IMG/VR virus record: IMGVR_UViG_3300025769_000166
Location: 1-52,673 of that record
Direction: 5' to 3' (one strand)
Length of the DNA: 52,673 bases
Source of the DNA: a virus
Taxonomy: Duplodnaviria; Caudoviricetes
The position numbers and the translations under genes were made by a program. The notes beneath the pieces are model-generated. The model saw nothing but the letters and a program-made list of their open reading frames with translations, searched no databases and had not been told where the DNA came from. Shown here one piece after another: positions 14,465-26,765 of this stretch; the stretch's first letter is position 1; each line of letters opens with the position of its first letter.

Positions 14465-17400
14465 TGTCAGACTGCATTCCGTGTATAGATGTATCATCAT
14501 CGGATCCGATAGAGATAAAAATCGAGTGTCCGTCTTCTCCTTTAGTTGTTATAACTATAGAAGAAGATCTATGCTCTGCCATAGTTTCTGTTGATCCAGC
14601 TACATATATAGACGTAAGTAGTTTTGAAGGAACTCTTATGGGTCCTCAAGGACCTGCTGGGCCTGCTGGACCCGCTGGACCCGCTGGTCCTGCTGGACCT
14701 GCTGGACCTGCTGGAGCCGATGGCGCTCCAGGTCAAGACGGACAGGACGGAGCTCCAGGTCAAGACGGTGCAGATGGTCAGGATGGTTCTGACGGGCCTA
14801 GAGGTTTTGATGGTGATCCTGGACCTGCTGGAGCGACAGGACCTCAGGGACCTCCAGGCACTGGACTAGAAGTTATTGGAGCGACTGGATCTACGGGGGC
14901 TGTTGTTGACCCAGCTACTGGAGACGCTTGGATTATCGGTGATGAGATATGTGTATATACTGGCAGCGGATGGTCTTGCTTTTCCACTGGACTAAACGGA
15001 GCTACAGGTCCGCAAGGCCCCACTGGTCCTGCTGGACCTACGGGTGCTGATTCTACTGCTCCTGGGCCTACAGGACCTGCTGGACCTACTGGACCTGCTG
15101 GACCAACTGGCGCAGCATCTACTACCCCTGGACCTGCTGGACCTACGGGACCTGCTGGGCCTACGGGGGCAGCTTCCACCGCACCAGGCCCTACGGGACC
15201 TCAAGGAGGTATAGGGCCGCAAGGAGATAGAGGGCCGACAGGACCTCAAGGGCCTGTAGGAAGAGACGGAGCTACAGGGGCTACGGGACCTCAAGGACCA
15301 CGGGGTCAAACAGGAGCCAATGGCCTTCCAGGTGCGCCAGGCGAACAAGGTACTACAGGCCCTACAGGCCCTACAGGCCCTACAGGGAGTTATGTTGGTG
15401 AGGTCTGCACTTTTTACGACCTAACTTTAAGCTCTTCAATAGTAAACGGGGATGATCAAAACACTGGAGAAGGAGAAATAACAGGAACCTCCTTTGGTGA
15501 CGCAACCTACATTTATCTACATCAAGAGGGTCAGACTAGCTTCACTAACACAACCACTGTAGATAATAGTATAATACTCGATTCTGTTCTTGCTGTCGGG
15601 TCTGCATACATTAAAATTATTCAGGACACAGGGGCTTATATGGCTTTCGTGTCTACGAGCATTACTTCTACTCTAAATACTGACGACGGAAACTATACGT
15701 ATACTTTTGGTAGTCTAGTTGTAAACGATGCAAACTCTTCATTCCCTGGGTTTTCTCAGGATGTAGTAAGAGTGTGCATAGCTCCGCTCGTTTCTGGCGG
15801 CACTGGACCTACTGGTCCTGTAGGACCAACAGGACCTCAAGGACCCCCAGGAATCCCAGGCGGACCTACTGGACCTGCTGGCGCTACTGGACCTGCTGGT
15901 GCTACTGGGCCTTCGTATACACCCCCTGGTCAGGAGTGTTTTTATTACAAGAGTACCGCTGGAAGTATTGAAGGTACAAATAGTATATACAATCAGGTAA
16001 ACTCAGAAGGAGAGGGGGCATTTGGATCTTTAATATTTGACAGTCTGGGATCAAATGGATTGACTCCAGAAAATGTTGACATAATAGCCCTAAGTGCTCT
16101 TTCCTATCAGGCTTTTGCAACTGATCCTGGGTGGAACGTTTCTCAAGATTCCACTCAAGAAATATTACAGCTGATTAATTACGGATCTGGAGCTGGTCGA
16201 ATAAGCGCTGTAGACTGTAACGGAGATGGATGGGAATGGGGTTTTAGTGGTGCAGGTTATACCCCTTTTGGTGACGGTATATTTAAATTTCCTAACCTTC
16301 AGTTTCTTGGAGCGATAGATAATGGAGGCAATACTATGCCAGGAACAGGCACGTTCCTTGCGCCTTGTTCGGCATGGTATAAGTTCTGCATCACTCCGTG
16401 TTGTGGAGGGGCAGGAGGAGGCCCTGATGGGGGAGGTGGAGGTAACAACCCTGGGGGTACAGGTCCTATTGGAGGAGGATTTGGAGGTCAGTGTGAGACG
16501 TTCTATATGTCTAGGTCTCAAGTTGGATCTACTGATGGATATCCTCAAAATTCAGATCCGTTTCAGAGTAACTGGATTTGGCCTCTTGGAGGTTCTAATG
16601 GTACAGTTGCTGTAACTCCCTCTATTATAACAGGCGGAGGAAGTATTACCAGCGATATTTTAGACCTGCTACTAAATCTACCTAATGGACTTTCTGTAAA
16701 TATGTCCGTTTCTGGTGTTTGGGCTGACGGATCTTATGGGGTTGAGTGGTTTAAAGTACTGGATAGTGTAGTGCCACTTCCTGCTGGAAACTTAGTTTCT
16801 GCAACTGGTGTTGATTTGTATCAGGTGCCAGTAGTTTACTTGGGTGGTGACGATAGTACACACGCTTGGCCTTATGGGGTTGGAGGAGATTTTGTTATAT
16901 GTTTTTATTTGTGCTGTGATGATGTAACTCCAACCAACATAGAACAAGTTTGTACGGATTACAATCTGACTATAGATCCTCTTGGGTTGTTTGACATATC
17001 CATTGTGATGGATAGGTCAGGAAGCGCACAGGGTTTTTGGCCCCTGCAACAAGCTGGTGTTATAAACATAATTGACGCCCTTCAGAATTTTGGTTTGCTC
17101 CAAGATAGCACCGCTATGGTAAACATAGTAAGCTATTCAAATTCTGGAAATTTAGAGATATCTCTCACTTCTGACTACTGCGAACTTAAAGAAGCTGTAA
17201 ACAACATTGCAATTCCATCTGGGGGTACGCAGCTTGCAAATGCTTTAACTATAGCAACTCAAGACCTTACTTCTTTTGGTAGGGCTAATGCTCAGAAGAT
17301 AGTTATCATAACAAATGACGGCTCTATTGCAGATCAAAATAATGCTGTTGGAGTCGTAAATGGATTTTCTGGTAGCGTTTATGCGGCTGGAATTGGGAGT

Positions 17401-20400
17401 GCAAATATGACTCAGCTAAACGATCTTGCTGATGCTGGGCAGTCATACTACGCATCTGACTTTATGGAGTTTGAAAGCGTTGTAAGCGATTCCATAATTC
17501 TTGATATTATATCTGGCACCCCTCCGTCTTCTGGAGAGATCGTGGTTTCTGCTACATCAGCTTGTGATGTAAGAATTATAGCGCTTAGTCATATAGACTC
17601 TAACAACAACTACAATGGAGGGATACTTAATGCGGCCCTGCCAAATCTTTCTGGACTCTTTAGTATAGGGACAGACTTTGATGTAGAAGTGTCTCCCACT
17701 GGACCTTACTTAATTGGTCAGTCGTCTTACGGGATGACAAACGAACTTACCACTCCAGATTATTCTGTGTATGCCGTTAACGTTGGGGGATGCACTGGAT
17801 CTTTTGTAGAAGGGGAGACCGAAGTGTGTATTGCCATAGGCCCTGAAGTAGAGGATTGTGCCTGTTTAGATTGCGCTACAGGTCTTGGTCCTGATCCAGG
17901 TCCTGATGGTGGTGGCGGAGGAAATAATCCAGGAGGTACGGGGCCTGTTGGTGGTGGATTTGGAGGTCAATGTGCTACCTACACTCTTTATAGAAGTTTA
18001 AATACAGATACAGGTGTACCTCAGTCTAACTCTCAGGATATGGCTGAGGGTCAGTTTTGGCCTATATCTACTGACAGTAATCAACTAGATACTGTAGAAA
18101 CCACTGAAGGATTCTATCTCAACCCTACTGGTCTCACATCTGACATTCTTGACCTATTAGATAATGGGCTGCCTAATGGGTACTCCATAAATATGTCTGT
18201 TTCGGGCACGTGGTCTGACGGATCTTACGCTTCTGAGTGGTTCAATGTTCTTGGTGGTGGTGTTGAAACAGGCGCTCCCATAGGTACAGCACCAAACAAC
18301 AATTTATTTAGGCTGTACACATCTTATATCGGTGGAAGCGACAACAATCACGCATTTACGTACAATAGTTCTAACGAGTTTGTCCTTTGCTTTTATCTGT
18401 GTTGTGATGATACAGACCTTCCTCCTACGATACCTCAGCAATGCCCTAATTACGAGACAGTAATTGATCCTCTTGGAGTGTACGATATCGCCATATGTAT
18501 GGACGTATCTGGTAGCGCTCAGGCCATGTGGGATTTGCAGAGGCAGGGGGTGATCAATATACTCGACACAATCTGTCAGTTTGGACTCTTTGAAGACGAC
18601 ACAGTCCGTGTTAGCTTGTTCTTCTACTCAAATTCAGGGTCAATGATCGCTCCTCTGTCTAACGACAAGTGCGGTTTGGTTAATACGCTAAATAATGCTG
18701 AAGGTGTATGGGGAGGAACTGCACTAAATAATTGCTTGACTATTGCTGAGGATGAACTTGAGAACGGAATAAATGCTCGTTCGCAAGCAGAAAAAATAGT
18801 CATTATAACTAACGACGGCAGTATTGCAGATATTCAGACCGCCGTAACGACATCAAACACTCTCCAGAGTAATGGGTATGAGGTTTGGGCCGCTGGAATT
18901 GCTGGAGCTCAAATAAGCCAAATGCAGTCGTTGGCTACTAACAACGATCAGGCATTTTTCTCTCCCACATTTGCGGACTTTGCAAGTAACGTAAGTTTCT
19001 CGATTATAACGAGCATCATTGCTGGAACTGAGCCCGCTTCGGGTCAGATGATACTATCTGCAACAGCAGCTTCTGATGTAAAGATTGTGGCCTTTAGTCA
19101 CATTGACAACGATGGAAGTTTTGTAGGTCCAATACTTGAAACTATACTTCCAGATCTTTCTGGAATTATAAATATAGGGGATGACTTTTCTGGGGATACA
19201 TCGCCAGTTGGTCTTTATTTAATAGGTGGCACTACCTATGGTCTTACAAACAATCAGCCTGCTGTTCCTTTTTCAGTATATAGAATTACTGTTGGTGGGT
19301 CAAATGGAAACTTTACTAACGGCGACGTTGAACAGGTATGTATAGACGTAGGTCCTGTGCTTCCTGAAAATTGCTTCTGTAATTGTAACCCTTGTGGTGG
19401 AGGCGGAAGTGGTGACGGAGCTACTGGCCCTGCTGGTGCTACTGGGCCTACGGGGCCTGCGGGCCCTACGGGTCCTACTGGTCCGTGTTGTACTGGACCT
19501 ACTGGACCTACAGGCCCTGGTGGACCCACCCCTCCCGATACTGGCTGTGCTGTAATAAAAACTGCAGGTTACAACACTGACATTAAGTTCTTTGGAAGCG
19601 ATGGAGGGGAGCTTTCAAGCGCCACTTCTGCAGATCCAAACGATATTTCTCAGTTTGCTGTAAGTTTTGAAAATGTAGTAACAAACGAAAGCGATGTTGA
19701 GTTTTTTGAAAATCTGCAAAATGATTCTGGTGTTGTAAGCTTAGAAATACTTACGGTATCAGGAGGGGTTGAACTGGTAACATTCCAGTACTCTTCGTGT
19801 ATAGTTCAAAACAGCCCAAATGGCATAGTAGTGCTTTTTGGAGGGCTTATTTTTGTAAGCGGTCCTAACCCTGTAAACTTAGATCCAGATCAAAGTAGTT
19901 CCGAAGATTTTGATTACACTGTATGTGTATCCCCAAATTTTGTTCTTCAAGGTATTGTAACCACAGAGATGTTTACTGCGGGGGTAACTGGTTCTACCCC
20001 TACTAGTTTGAGCGACGGTCAGATATTGTTGAACTCGTCTACCTACTCTAGTGTTTCTGAAATATATATAAGCGATACGATTAGTCTACAAGAGGCTACT
20101 TCGTCCTATGCTACTGCTAGTATTTCGGACGCAGCTACACTTATATCTAACGTAAGAAAAGGGGCTATATCTCTTAGGTCTAGCAGCGGAATTACAGTGT
20201 ATACCTTCAGTGGAGCTAGTTACACCAGTAACTTCCTAACTCTTCAGAATGTATCTGTTGCAAGCGATGGTATTGGAGGATCTGTCACTAGTGGTGCTGT
20301 ATCAGTAACTATAGATCCTAGTTTTGGCCTCGACGGACCAACAGGCCCAGCAGGCCCAACAGGAGCTGCTGGTGCTGCTGGTGCTGCGGGCGCTGATGGC

Positions 20401-22065
20401 GCGGTGGGAGCCACTGGCCCAACAGGCCCTACTGGTCCTACGGGTCCTACTGGTCCTACGGGTCCTACTGGTCCTACGGGTCCTACTGGTCCTGTAGGTC
20501 CAACAGGAGCTGCTGGTGCTGCGGGCGCGGACGGAGCTACAGGTCCTACAGGTCCTACGGGTCCTACTGGTCCTACTGGCGGAGTAGGCCCAACTGGCCC
20601 AACTGGCGGAGTAGGCCCAACTGGCCCAACTGGGCCAACAGGGTCGGTAGGGTCTGTAAAGGGAAGCAATGAAAATGGTGCTACTGGTGTAGTGTCAAAT
20701 CCAGGGTTTATAAAATTTGACAAGCTAGAGGTTGAAGCTACTGGAACTGATGGAGCTTTAGTTAAGCAAGAAAGGTTTACTCAAGACTATGTTCTGAATA
20801 TTCCTGATGAGGGTGGCGTAGAAAAGTCGTTCGGTAAGTATTTGAATGGGGACACTGTTCCATCTGATGGAAAAACAGCTATAGAAGTTCTGATTGATGC
20901 GTTCCAAGACGCTGTAAACCCGTCTCCGTCTATTAGCACAACGAGTCAACCCGACTGGCAGCATCCGTCGGGAAATTCTGCTATTGGCCTTAGTGTTGAT
21001 TTTGGAATACAAAACGTGGGGGCAAGTGGAACCGCTGTTGTAGAGTATCAGCTTGGAACCACTACTTCGATTCCTACTGGGTCATGGACTAATGTTCAGT
21101 CGTACACACCAGCTACCGTTGTTTATGGAGCAAGTGCTGTGACTCCATCTTATAATACAAATACGGCTTGGGCAAGTAACAACTACTTCCACTTTAGAGT
21201 CAGGGTGACAGACTCAACTACTGGAACTACTGAGCAGATTGCATACGCATTTACTACAGCCTCTAGCTTTAACGCTCCTAACATCACGAGCCAGACCATA
21301 GGCAGGAGTGGATCGGCTATAACTGCTGCAGGTGGAACAACAGGAACTTCTAGGGAGTATGGAGACGTTAGATCAAATTTTGTCTACGGTGTTAGAAGGG
21401 ATGAGGCATACGACCCGCTTGTCGAGTCTACTGTAGAGTTTAAGAACGGAGGCAACTGGAGAGAAATAACTAGCCCTAATTCTACTACTGACCTAAGTGG
21501 GCTTGGTAACGGACTCACTCAGATTGCTTTCTTCAACATAACATCAAGCGATAGTATAACGCTTGCTACAGACGGAGTTATAGACTTGACTACCAAGGCG
21601 ACCCCTCATGAGTATAGAAACCGAATAAATAGCACTTATGGAACTGATGTAACAGATCCGTTCGACAATATCAACTTCTATTACAGTTATGCAGTGTATT
21701 TTGACACCACCGCTCTAACCGCTTCTTCTACCGACGCTCAAGTTCAGTCAGTTTACGACGCGGCTGGCGGGGATGATAACGGAGACAACGAAATAGAGAT
21801 TAGAACAAGCGGTAGTTACCCATCCAACATAGGTAACACAGCTAACTTTACTGTACAGACGAGTAACAAGTTTATGTACATCTTCTATCAGGGAACTAAT
21901 AACATCTCTCAGATAAATCTTAATGGCGTGTCTCCAGCTCTTGGTTCGTTTACCAATTTGGGTACGTTTACTCTGGACAATAGGTACGGAATAAGTAGCA
22001 CTTACACGGTGTACAAGAGTAACTCCACTAACGCATTCAATAACCAATTTATACAAATCCTCTAA
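14464..22065 (+). CDS. Giant collagen-like fibre protein with two VWA domains
   Basis: 2533 aa; several G-X-Y tracts; two VWA domains with MIDAS residues (DRSGS/DVSGS, GGT, TNDG); repeated Cys-bracketed beta domains. Confidence 0.9.
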   Translation: MSDCIPCIDVSSSDPIEIKIECPSSPLVVITIEEDLCSAIVSVDPATYIDVSSFEGTLMGPQGPAGPAGPAGPAGPAGPAGPAGADGAPGQDGQDGAPGQDGADGQDGSDGPRGFDGDPGPAGATGPQGPPGTGLEVIGATGSTGAVVDPATGDAWIIGDEICVYTGSGWSCFSTGLNGATGPQGPTGPAGPTGADSTAPGPTGPAGPTGPAGPTGAASTTPGPAGPTGPAGPTGAASTAPGPTGPQGGIGPQGDRGPTGPQGPVGRDGATGATGPQGPRGQTGANGLPGAPGEQGTTGPTGPTGPTGSYVGEVCTFYDLTLSSSIVNGDDQNTGEGEITGTSFGDATYIYLHQEGQTSFTNTTTVDNSIILDSVLAVGSAYIKIIQDTGAYMAFVSTSITSTLNTDDGNYTYTFGSLVVNDANSSFPGFSQDVVRVCIAPLVSGGTGPTGPVGPTGPQGPPGIPGGPTGPAGATGPAGATGPSYTPPGQECFYYKSTAGSIEGTNSIYNQVNSEGEGAFGSLIFDSLGSNGLTPENVDIIALSALSYQAFATDPGWNVSQDSTQEILQLINYGSGAGRISAVDCNGDGWEWGFSGAGYTPFGDGIFKFPNLQFLGAIDNGGNTMPGTGTFLAPCSAWYKFCITPCCGGAGGGPDGGGGGNNPGGTGPIGGGFGGQCETFYMSRSQVGSTDGYPQNSDPFQSNWIWPLGGSNGTVAVTPSIITGGGSITSDILDLLLNLPNGLSVNMSVSGVWADGSYGVEWFKVLDSVVPLPAGNLVSATGVDLYQVPVVYLGGDDSTHAWPYGVGGDFVICFYLCCDDVTPTNIEQVCTDYNLTIDPLGLFDISIVMDRSGSAQGFWPLQQAGVINIIDALQNFGLLQDSTAMVNIVSYSNSGNLEISLTSDYCELKEAVNNIAIPSGGTQLANALTIATQDLTSFGRANAQKIVIITNDGSIADQNNAVGVVNGFSGSVYAAGIGSANMTQLNDLADAGQSYYASDFMEFESVVSDSIILDIISGTPPSSGEIVVSATSACDVRIIALSHIDSNNNYNGGILNAALPNLSGLFSIGTDFDVEVSPTGPYLIGQSSYGMTNELTTPDYSVYAVNVGGCTGSFVEGETEVCIAIGPEVEDCACLDCATGLGPDPGPDGGGGGNNPGGTGPVGGGFGGQCATYTLYRSLNTDTGVPQSNSQDMAEGQFWPISTDSNQLDTVETTEGFYLNPTGLTSDILDLLDNGLPNGYSINMSVSGTWSDGSYASEWFNVLGGGVETGAPIGTAPNNNLFRLYTSYIGGSDNNHAFTYNSSNEFVLCFYLCCDDTDLPPTIPQQCPNYETVIDPLGVYDIAICMDVSGSAQAMWDLQRQGVINILDTICQFGLFEDDTVRVSLFFYSNSGSMIAPLSNDKCGLVNTLNNAEGVWGGTALNNCLTIAEDELENGINARSQAEKIVIITNDGSIADIQTAVTTSNTLQSNGYEVWAAGIAGAQISQMQSLATNNDQAFFSPTFADFASNVSFSIITSIIAGTEPASGQMILSATAASDVKIVAFSHIDNDGSFVGPILETILPDLSGIINIGDDFSGDTSPVGLYLIGGTTYGLTNNQPAVPFSVYRITVGGSNGNFTNGDVEQVCIDVGPVLPENCFCNCNPCGGGGSGDGATGPAGATGPTGPAGPTGPTGPCCTGPTGPTGPGGPTPPDTGCAVIKTAGYNTDIKFFGSDGGELSSATSADPNDISQFAVSFENVVTNESDVEFFENLQNDSGVVSLEILTVSGGVELVTFQYSSCIVQNSPNGIVVLFGGLIFVSGPNPVNLDPDQSSSEDFDYTVCVSPNFVLQGIVTTEMFTAGVTGSTPTSLSDGQILLNSSTYSSVSEIYISDTISLQEATSSYATASISDAATLISNVRKGAISLRSSSGITVYTFSGASYTSNFLTLQNVSVASDGIGGSVTSGAVSVTIDPSFGLDGPTGPAGPTGAAGAAGAAGADGAVGATGPTGPTGPTGPTGPTGPTGPTGPTGPVGPTGAAGAAGADGATGPTGPTGPTGPTGGVGPTGPTGGVGPTGPTGPTGSVGSVKGSNENGATGVVSNPGFIKFDKLEVEATGTDGALVKQERFTQDYVLNIPDEGGVEKSFGKYLNGDTVPSDGKTAIEVLIDAFQDAVNPSPSISTTSQPDWQHPSGNSAIGLSVDFGIQNVGASGTAVVEYQLGTTTSIPTGSWTNVQSYTPATVVYGASAVTPSYNTNTAWASNNYFHFRVRVTDSTTGTTEQIAYAFTTASSFNAPNITSQTIGRSGSAITAAGGTTGTSREYGDVRSNFVYGVRRDEAYDPLVESTVEFKNGGNWREITSPNSTTDLSGLGNGLTQIAFFNITSSDSITLATDGVIDLTTKATPHEYRNRINSTYGTDVTDPFDNINFYYSYAVYFDTTALTASSTDAQVQSVYDAAGGDDNGDNEIEIRTSGSYPSNIGNTANFTVQTSNKFMYIFYQGTNNISQINLNGVSPALGSFTNLGTFTLDNRYGISSTYTVYKSNSTNAFNNQFIQIL
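14641..15390 (+). repeat. Collagen-like G-X-Y coding repeats (further tracts at ~15800-15910, ~19410-19530, ~20335-20660)
   Basis: 9-bp periodic ggNccNacN / ggNccNgcN runs encoding GPT, GPA and GPQ. Confidence 0.95.
16420..19395 (+). repeat. Diverged tandem duplication of a ~493-aa VWA-containing module
   Basis: [16 protein letters not shown](I/V)GGGFGGQC starts at 16420 and again at 17899 (1479 nt apart), followed by [32 protein letters not shown] and [13 protein letters not shown] in both copies. Confidence 0.95.
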
Positions 22066-24245
22066 TGGCTGTAGAAATAGGACGTACTGGTGAATATGGT
22101 CACAACAACGCAAACAAGTCTTTTGTTGATGCCGACATGGTTCGCGGCGGAGCTCGTGTTGTTGCTGACCTCAACGCACTCTACTTGCTTTCTTCTAAGT
22201 CAGATCAGCTAAAGCAGGATGTAACGATAGTGTTTGTTACTTCAGAGAATGCATTCTATGTGCTTTCTGATGATGGAAATATAGGTAATGCCACGGGGTG
22301 GACTGATATTGGAACTATAATAGCCGCAGCTGGGGTTACTGGTCCTACGGGTCCTACAGGGGCTGCAGGACCTACAGGGGCCGCAGGAGCAAATGGAACA
22401 AACGGAACCAATGGGGTTGACGGAGCGAGAGGAGCTACAGGTCCCACAGGCCCAACAGGACCAGTAGGCCCTACAGGGGCTGCAGGAGCAGACGGAACTA
22501 ACGGAACTAATGGAACTAATGGGGTTGACGGAGCTAGAGGAGCTACTGGACCAACAGGACCCGTAGGACCTACAGGGGCGGCAGGAACTAATGGAACTAA
22601 TGGAACTAATGGAGTAGATGGAGTTAACGGTGCCACTGGCCCCACAGGCCCGACAGGACCCGTAGGTCCCACAGGGGCTGCAGGTACAAATGGTACAAAT
22701 GGAGTAGACGGAGTAGACGGAGCTACTGGACCAACGGGCCCCACAGGAGCTACTGGACCAACGGGCCCCACAGGCCCTACTGGCGGAGTGGGCCCAACAG
22801 GCCCCACAGGCCCCACAGGAGCGGATGGGGTTACGGGAGCAAGAGGTGCCACTGGGCCTACTGGACCTGTAGGACCGATAGGGGATCTGTCTGATGTTAC
22901 AATAACGTCAGTTGCAGAAGGACAAATTTTAAGATATGACGGTGGATCTTCAGAGTGGATAAACGAGTTTGACGATAGGACTTTTGTTAGAGTGTACAAC
23001 AACACTGGATCTACACTACTTGCAGGAAAGGTTGTATACATAAGTGCCGCTCAAAATGTTAATGTCGCTCAGGTGTCATTAGCTAAAGCTGACGCATCTT
23101 CTACTATGCCAGCTATTGGTGTCATGCATGAAGATGTTGCAAATGCTAACGAGGGTGTAGCAGTTGTGTATGGTAAGGCGGATAATATGAATACGTCCAG
23201 TTTTAGCGTAGGCGATACTGTCTACGTTAGCGCGGCGACTGCGGGCGAGATAAGTGCAAAGCCAACTGGTACTAATTTGATACAAAACATCGGTATCGTA
23301 ATGCGGTCCGATGCTACAAACGGGGTTGTAAAGGTTACTGGCGTTGGAAGGAGTAACGATGTCCCAAACATACCTAATGGTCAGACCTGGATAGGTAATG
23401 CAAGCGGAGTAGCTACTCCTACTGCACTGGCTACCGTTGCAACCAGCGGGGACTATAACGATCTATCAAATACGCCGTCGATACCATCTGGTACAATAAA
23501 CACTGTCACCGATGGTGTACAGACGGTAACTAATCCTAGTACCATAGAGTTTGGATCTCTTGCTGGTACTTGGAACATTACCGAGTCGCCATCTGGTACA
23601 GCAAACGTTGACCTTGAATTATCTGCCAGAGGGTTGACAGACTGGTCAAATATACCAGCAGTTAATGGAGATGTGGTTCAGTATTATAATGGTGAATACT
23701 ACCCAGCACAGATAGACGGGGGCAATGGAATAACTGTAAGTGTTGTTACTCCTGGTACAAGCGGGGATCCATCTGTTAGCATTTCCGTAGATGAAACTCA
23801 GCTTTCTGACCCAGATTCTATAGAGATAAGAAATCAGGGGTTATCTAGCGTAGGAGATGCGCAAGGAGAAAAGCTGTTTGCTTACTCTCAAACAGGACTT
23901 ACTACTGGTGTTGTTTATGGTCTTACTTCAAGTGGTTGGGCAGTATCGAGTGCAAGAAACGCAACCGACCAAGAATGTATAGGGCTACTTGGTGTCGCTC
24001 TTGGTGGAAGCAGTCTTACTAATGGACTTTTAACTAGGGGGTTAGTTAAGGTTGGAGTTACTTTGTCTGGAGCTTCTGTTGGCGCTATTTTATACATAAC
24101 AACATCGAACCCTTCAGACGGATTAGTAACTACCACTGTACCTACTGCAAGCGGAACTATCGTTAGGCCTATTGGATACGTAGTTGATCCTAGTAATAAC
24201 GTAATTTACTTTCACGGTAATCCTGACTTTATTGAGCTTGCATAA
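22065..24245 (+). CDS. Collagen-like fibre / capsid-decoration protein
   Basis: 726 aa; GPT/GTN tract at ~22333-22884, GDLSDV linker, two related beta domains (VGDTVYVS / VGAILYIT...RPIGY). Confidence 0.85.
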   Translation: MAVEIGRTGEYGHNNANKSFVDADMVRGGARVVADLNALYLLSSKSDQLKQDVTIVFVTSENAFYVLSDDGNIGNATGWTDIGTIIAAAGVTGPTGPTGAAGPTGAAGANGTNGTNGVDGARGATGPTGPTGPVGPTGAAGADGTNGTNGTNGVDGARGATGPTGPVGPTGAAGTNGTNGTNGVDGVNGATGPTGPTGPVGPTGAAGTNGTNGVDGVDGATGPTGPTGATGPTGPTGPTGGVGPTGPTGPTGADGVTGARGATGPTGPVGPIGDLSDVTITSVAEGQILRYDGGSSEWINEFDDRTFVRVYNNTGSTLLAGKVVYISAAQNVNVAQVSLAKADASSTMPAIGVMHEDVANANEGVAVVYGKADNMNTSSFSVGDTVYVSAATAGEISAKPTGTNLIQNIGIVMRSDATNGVVKVTGVGRSNDVPNIPNGQTWIGNASGVATPTALATVATSGDYNDLSNTPSIPSGTINTVTDGVQTVTNPSTIEFGSLAGTWNITESPSGTANVDLELSARGLTDWSNIPAVNGDVVQYYNGEYYPAQIDGGNGITVSVVTPGTSGDPSVSISVDETQLSDPDSIEIRNQGLSSVGDAQGEKLFAYSQTGLTTGVVYGLTSSGWAVSSARNATDQECIGLLGVALGGSSLTNGLLTRGLVKVGVTLSGASVGAILYITTSNPSDGLVTTTVPTASGTIVRPIGYVVDPSNNVIYFHGNPDFIELA

Positions 24246-25546
24246 TGGCAAACATAAGTAGCTACAACGGAATTGATATGGCGAATATTGCATCTATAAA
24301 CGGACAAACAGTGCCATCAGGGTCTGGTGGTGTAGCAGAATCAAATACAGGATTATTGTATTTTGAAGCAGGAAATTTTAATTCAAGAACTCCAGATGCT
24401 CAAGAAGTGTATGGAACCTCTTCAGTAAGCTTGTATAAAGCTCAGTTAGATACTAGAACAGACTTAGAAAGAATGAAACAAGGTTTGTATCATTACTTTG
24501 CTGTAGATGGTTCTAATAATCTTTATTCTGCTGGCTGGACTAATACAACGCAGATAGGAAGAACAGTTAGTAATGATGCACATGAATTGAAATTATCACT
24601 TACTAACGTAGCTCAATTCGAACCTCATATAAATGGTTGTTGGGCTATAAAAACAGATGGTACACTTTGGTGGTGCGGCAGCATTAGTCAGTTTGCAGAT
24701 AATGGAGACACTGGGCAAGGTACTACTAACGCTAATAACGGATGGCTCCAGTACGGGTCTGATACAGATTGGGTTTATATTACTTCTTGGCCTTCTTATC
24801 CTTACACCACTCTTGCTGTTAAAGGAGGTGCTGGTGCTGAGTATCTGTATACTTCAGGGTATAATAATTTTGGCAGGACTGGGTTAGGAACAACAGCTGG
24901 TATTACAAAGCCGTTTACAAGGGTTAAATCTTCAGCATCTACAGACTGGACAGAAACTATTGCTAAAGTAGACGTAGGGTATGATAGCACTCTTGTTGTA
25001 ACACAAAGCGGAAAGTTGTTTGGAATAGGAGAAGGAAATTATGGCGCTCTCGGTCAAGGCACTGCTACCGACTCTTTTTATCCCATTCAAGTAGGAACCG
25101 ACACCGACTGGGAAACACCTTTTACTAAAGCTAGAACCTGTCATTGGGTTATTAAAACAGACGGTTCTTTGTACGGCTCTCGTAGTGTTTCCTCTTCTTG
25201 GGGTATAGGCCCAACTACATCAGATAGAACATATCGACAAATTGGCACGGACACAGATTATGAAGAACTTAGATTCCAAGATTGGGCTACTTCTAAAGGT
25301 GCTGAAATTGTGTTTGCAAAAAAGAATGGAACTTGGTATGTAAACTGGGATCAAAATTTAGGGGCTGGCAGTTTTGTAGGAAACACCAGCCTCAAAGCAC
25401 CCCCCGCAGAAAACACATGGCTTCCTTTTAATGATCTATTAGATGGCAATGACATCACTGTAGGCATAAAAGAAGTACTGCTTTCATTTAAAGATGGAAA
25501 TCAAAATGCGGGGGAAGTACTATTAGTATCAACAGCAGCAACATAA
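24245..25546 (+). CDS. RCC1/BLIP-II-type beta-propeller protein, putative receptor-binding
   Basis: Repeats IKTDGTLWWCG, G.NNFGRTGLGT, GEGNYGALGQG, PIQVGTDTDW; N-terminal ANISSYNG/ANIASING repeat. Confidence 0.8.
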   Translation: MANISSYNGIDMANIASINGQTVPSGSGGVAESNTGLLYFEAGNFNSRTPDAQEVYGTSSVSLYKAQLDTRTDLERMKQGLYHYFAVDGSNNLYSAGWTNTTQIGRTVSNDAHELKLSLTNVAQFEPHINGCWAIKTDGTLWWCGSISQFADNGDTGQGTTNANNGWLQYGSDTDWVYITSWPSYPYTTLAVKGGAGAEYLYTSGYNNFGRTGLGTTAGITKPFTRVKSSASTDWTETIAKVDVGYDSTLVVTQSGKLFGIGEGNYGALGQGTATDSFYPIQVGTDTDWETPFTKARTCHWVIKTDGSLYGSRSVSSSWGIGPTTSDRTYRQIGTDTDYEELRFQDWATSKGAEIVFAKKNGTWYVNWDQNLGAGSFVGNTSLKAPPAENTWLPFNDLLDGNDITVGIKEVLLSFKDGNQNAGEVLLVSTAAT

Positions 25547-25806
25547 TGGCTATTAAAACAGTAGTAATATCGTCAGAACAAGACCTTGAGTCATTTTGGA
25601 CCGACTCAAGGTGTCCAAATTTAGAGTGGACGTTTATTGAGCAAGAATTTGAAGAGTGCCTTCAGGAGGACGGTACTTACCTCGCTACCTACGACACCTT
25701 AGAGGTGCCCGAAGGAGAGACTTTCTCTATGACGTATCTGTGTCAGGACACTGGTGGAGCTAAGATGTATACGCTAACAGAGGGGGAATACGGGATAAAA
25801 CCGTAA
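25546..25806 (+). CDS. Small acidic hypothetical protein (possible fibre chaperone)
   Basis: 86 aa; last TAATG-coupled gene of the fibre operon. Confidence 0.75.
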   Translation: MAIKTVVISSEQDLESFWTDSRCPNLEWTFIEQEFEECLQEDGTYLATYDTLEVPEGETFSMTYLCQDTGGAKMYTLTEGEYGIKP

Positions 25807-25810
25807 ATAT

Positions 25811-25819
25811 TATATTTGC
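25811..25819 (+). promoter_or_regulatory. TATATTTGC -7 promoter element
   Basis: 5 nt between TTTG and ATG 25824. Confidence 0.7.
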
Positions 25820-25823
25820 ATTT

Positions 25824-26117
25824 ATGAAAGCCTGTAAGTCCTACAAAAAAGGAGGAAGAGTCTCACTGAAAATGGGGAAGCACAAGGACCCCAAGGGTGG
25901 GCTTACGCAGGCTGGTGTTTCTAAATACAACAGGGAAACGGGGAGTAATCTTAAAATGGCAGTCACTACCAAGCCTTCCAAGCTAAAAAAAGGTAGCAAA
26001 GCAGCCAAGAGGAGAAAAAGCTTTTGCGCCCGAATGAGCGGAGTCAAAGGGCCTATGAGAAAGCCTAATGGCAAGCCTACACGTAAGGCGCTTGCACTTA
26101 GGAAATGGAACTGCTAA
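25824..26117 (+). CDS. Basic phage protein (DUF6321-like)
   Basis: KDPKGGLT...RRKSFCARM...ALRKWNC signature; N-terminus MKACKSYKKGG. Confidence 0.8.
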   Translation: MKACKSYKKGGRVSLKMGKHKDPKGGLTQAGVSKYNRETGSNLKMAVTTKPSKLKKGSKAAKRRKSFCARMSGVKGPMRKPNGKPTRKALALRKWNC

Positions 26118-26326
26118 TGCCTGAAAACATAACACACTTTGAGTTTTTGATAGTTGCGGGGTCACTAGTTGGTGTTTGGATTAAGCACCAGATGGACTAT
26201 GCTCGACTTGTCGCTAGGGTAGAAGCGCTGGAAAACGACAACAGCGACTTTAAAAAAGACGTCAAGACGCTATTACAAGATATACAAGAAATCAAGCTAC
26301 TACTGGCTAAAAACAAAGTAACATGA
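26117..26326 (+). CDS. Single-TM plus coiled-coil small protein (holin/hemolysin-like)
   Basis: Start re-assigned to ATG 26117 (TAATG); FLIVAGSLVGVWI then heptad repeats. Confidence 0.7.
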   Translation: MPENITHFEFLIVAGSLVGVWIKHQMDYARLVARVEALENDNSDFKKDVKTLLQDIQEIKLLLAKNKVT

Positions 26327-26583
26327 AAAATACAAACCTTACAGCTTTTGGACAGCACGGGTACAAGCTCATAACAACCACATCGGCTACAACTCCTAAT
26401 GACGGATACAATTTTGTAGCTGTAACCGTACTTGCTGACAGCACGACCATGACTACTACGTCCGCAGATACAGACAGATTCCCAAACATGAGTGCTCAGG
26501 CGATCCCTACTGGAGTTACTGTTTATGGTAGCTGGGATAGTATACAGCTAGGTGCGGGAGTAGTAATTGCTTACATGGCATGA
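26323..26583 (+). CDS. Small beta-rich protein, possibly structural
   Basis: 86 aa, IPTGVTVYGSWDSIQLGAGVVIAY C-terminus. Confidence 0.75.
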   Translation: MKNTNLTAFGQHGYKLITTTSATTPNDGYNFVAVTVLADSTTMTTTSADTDRFPNMSAQAIPTGVTVYGSWDSIQLGAGVVIAYMA

Positions 26584-26765
26584 AGGCGGTTAAGTATCAG
26601 AAAGGCGGAAAGCTTAAGGTGCTCAACAAGAAAGTTGGCATTGATCCTCCGAAAGGCTATCACTGGATGGAGGAGTCTGGACGGTACTACCTCATGGCTG
26701 GAAAATACAAGCCTCATCCTGGAGCCGTAGAAAAAGCGCAGTTTAAAGTCGCTACTCATGGCTAA
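26580..26765 (+). CDS. Small basic protein (MKAVKYQKGG)
   Basis: 61 aa, PPKGYHWM motif; coupled. Confidence 0.75.
   Translation: MKAVKYQKGGKLKVLNKKVGIDPPKGYHWMEESGRYYLMAGKYKPHPGAVEKAQFKVATHG

Noticed and set aside
14844-23041. Minus-strand ORFs with GPV/GPA collagen-like repeats
   Set aside because: The reverse complement of GGN-CCN repeats is automatically G-P-X; artefact of the plus-strand collagen tracts.
14464-25546. Diversity-generating retroelement targeting the fibres
   Set aside because: No reverse transcriptase in the window, and the duplication differs at all base types rather than only adenines.
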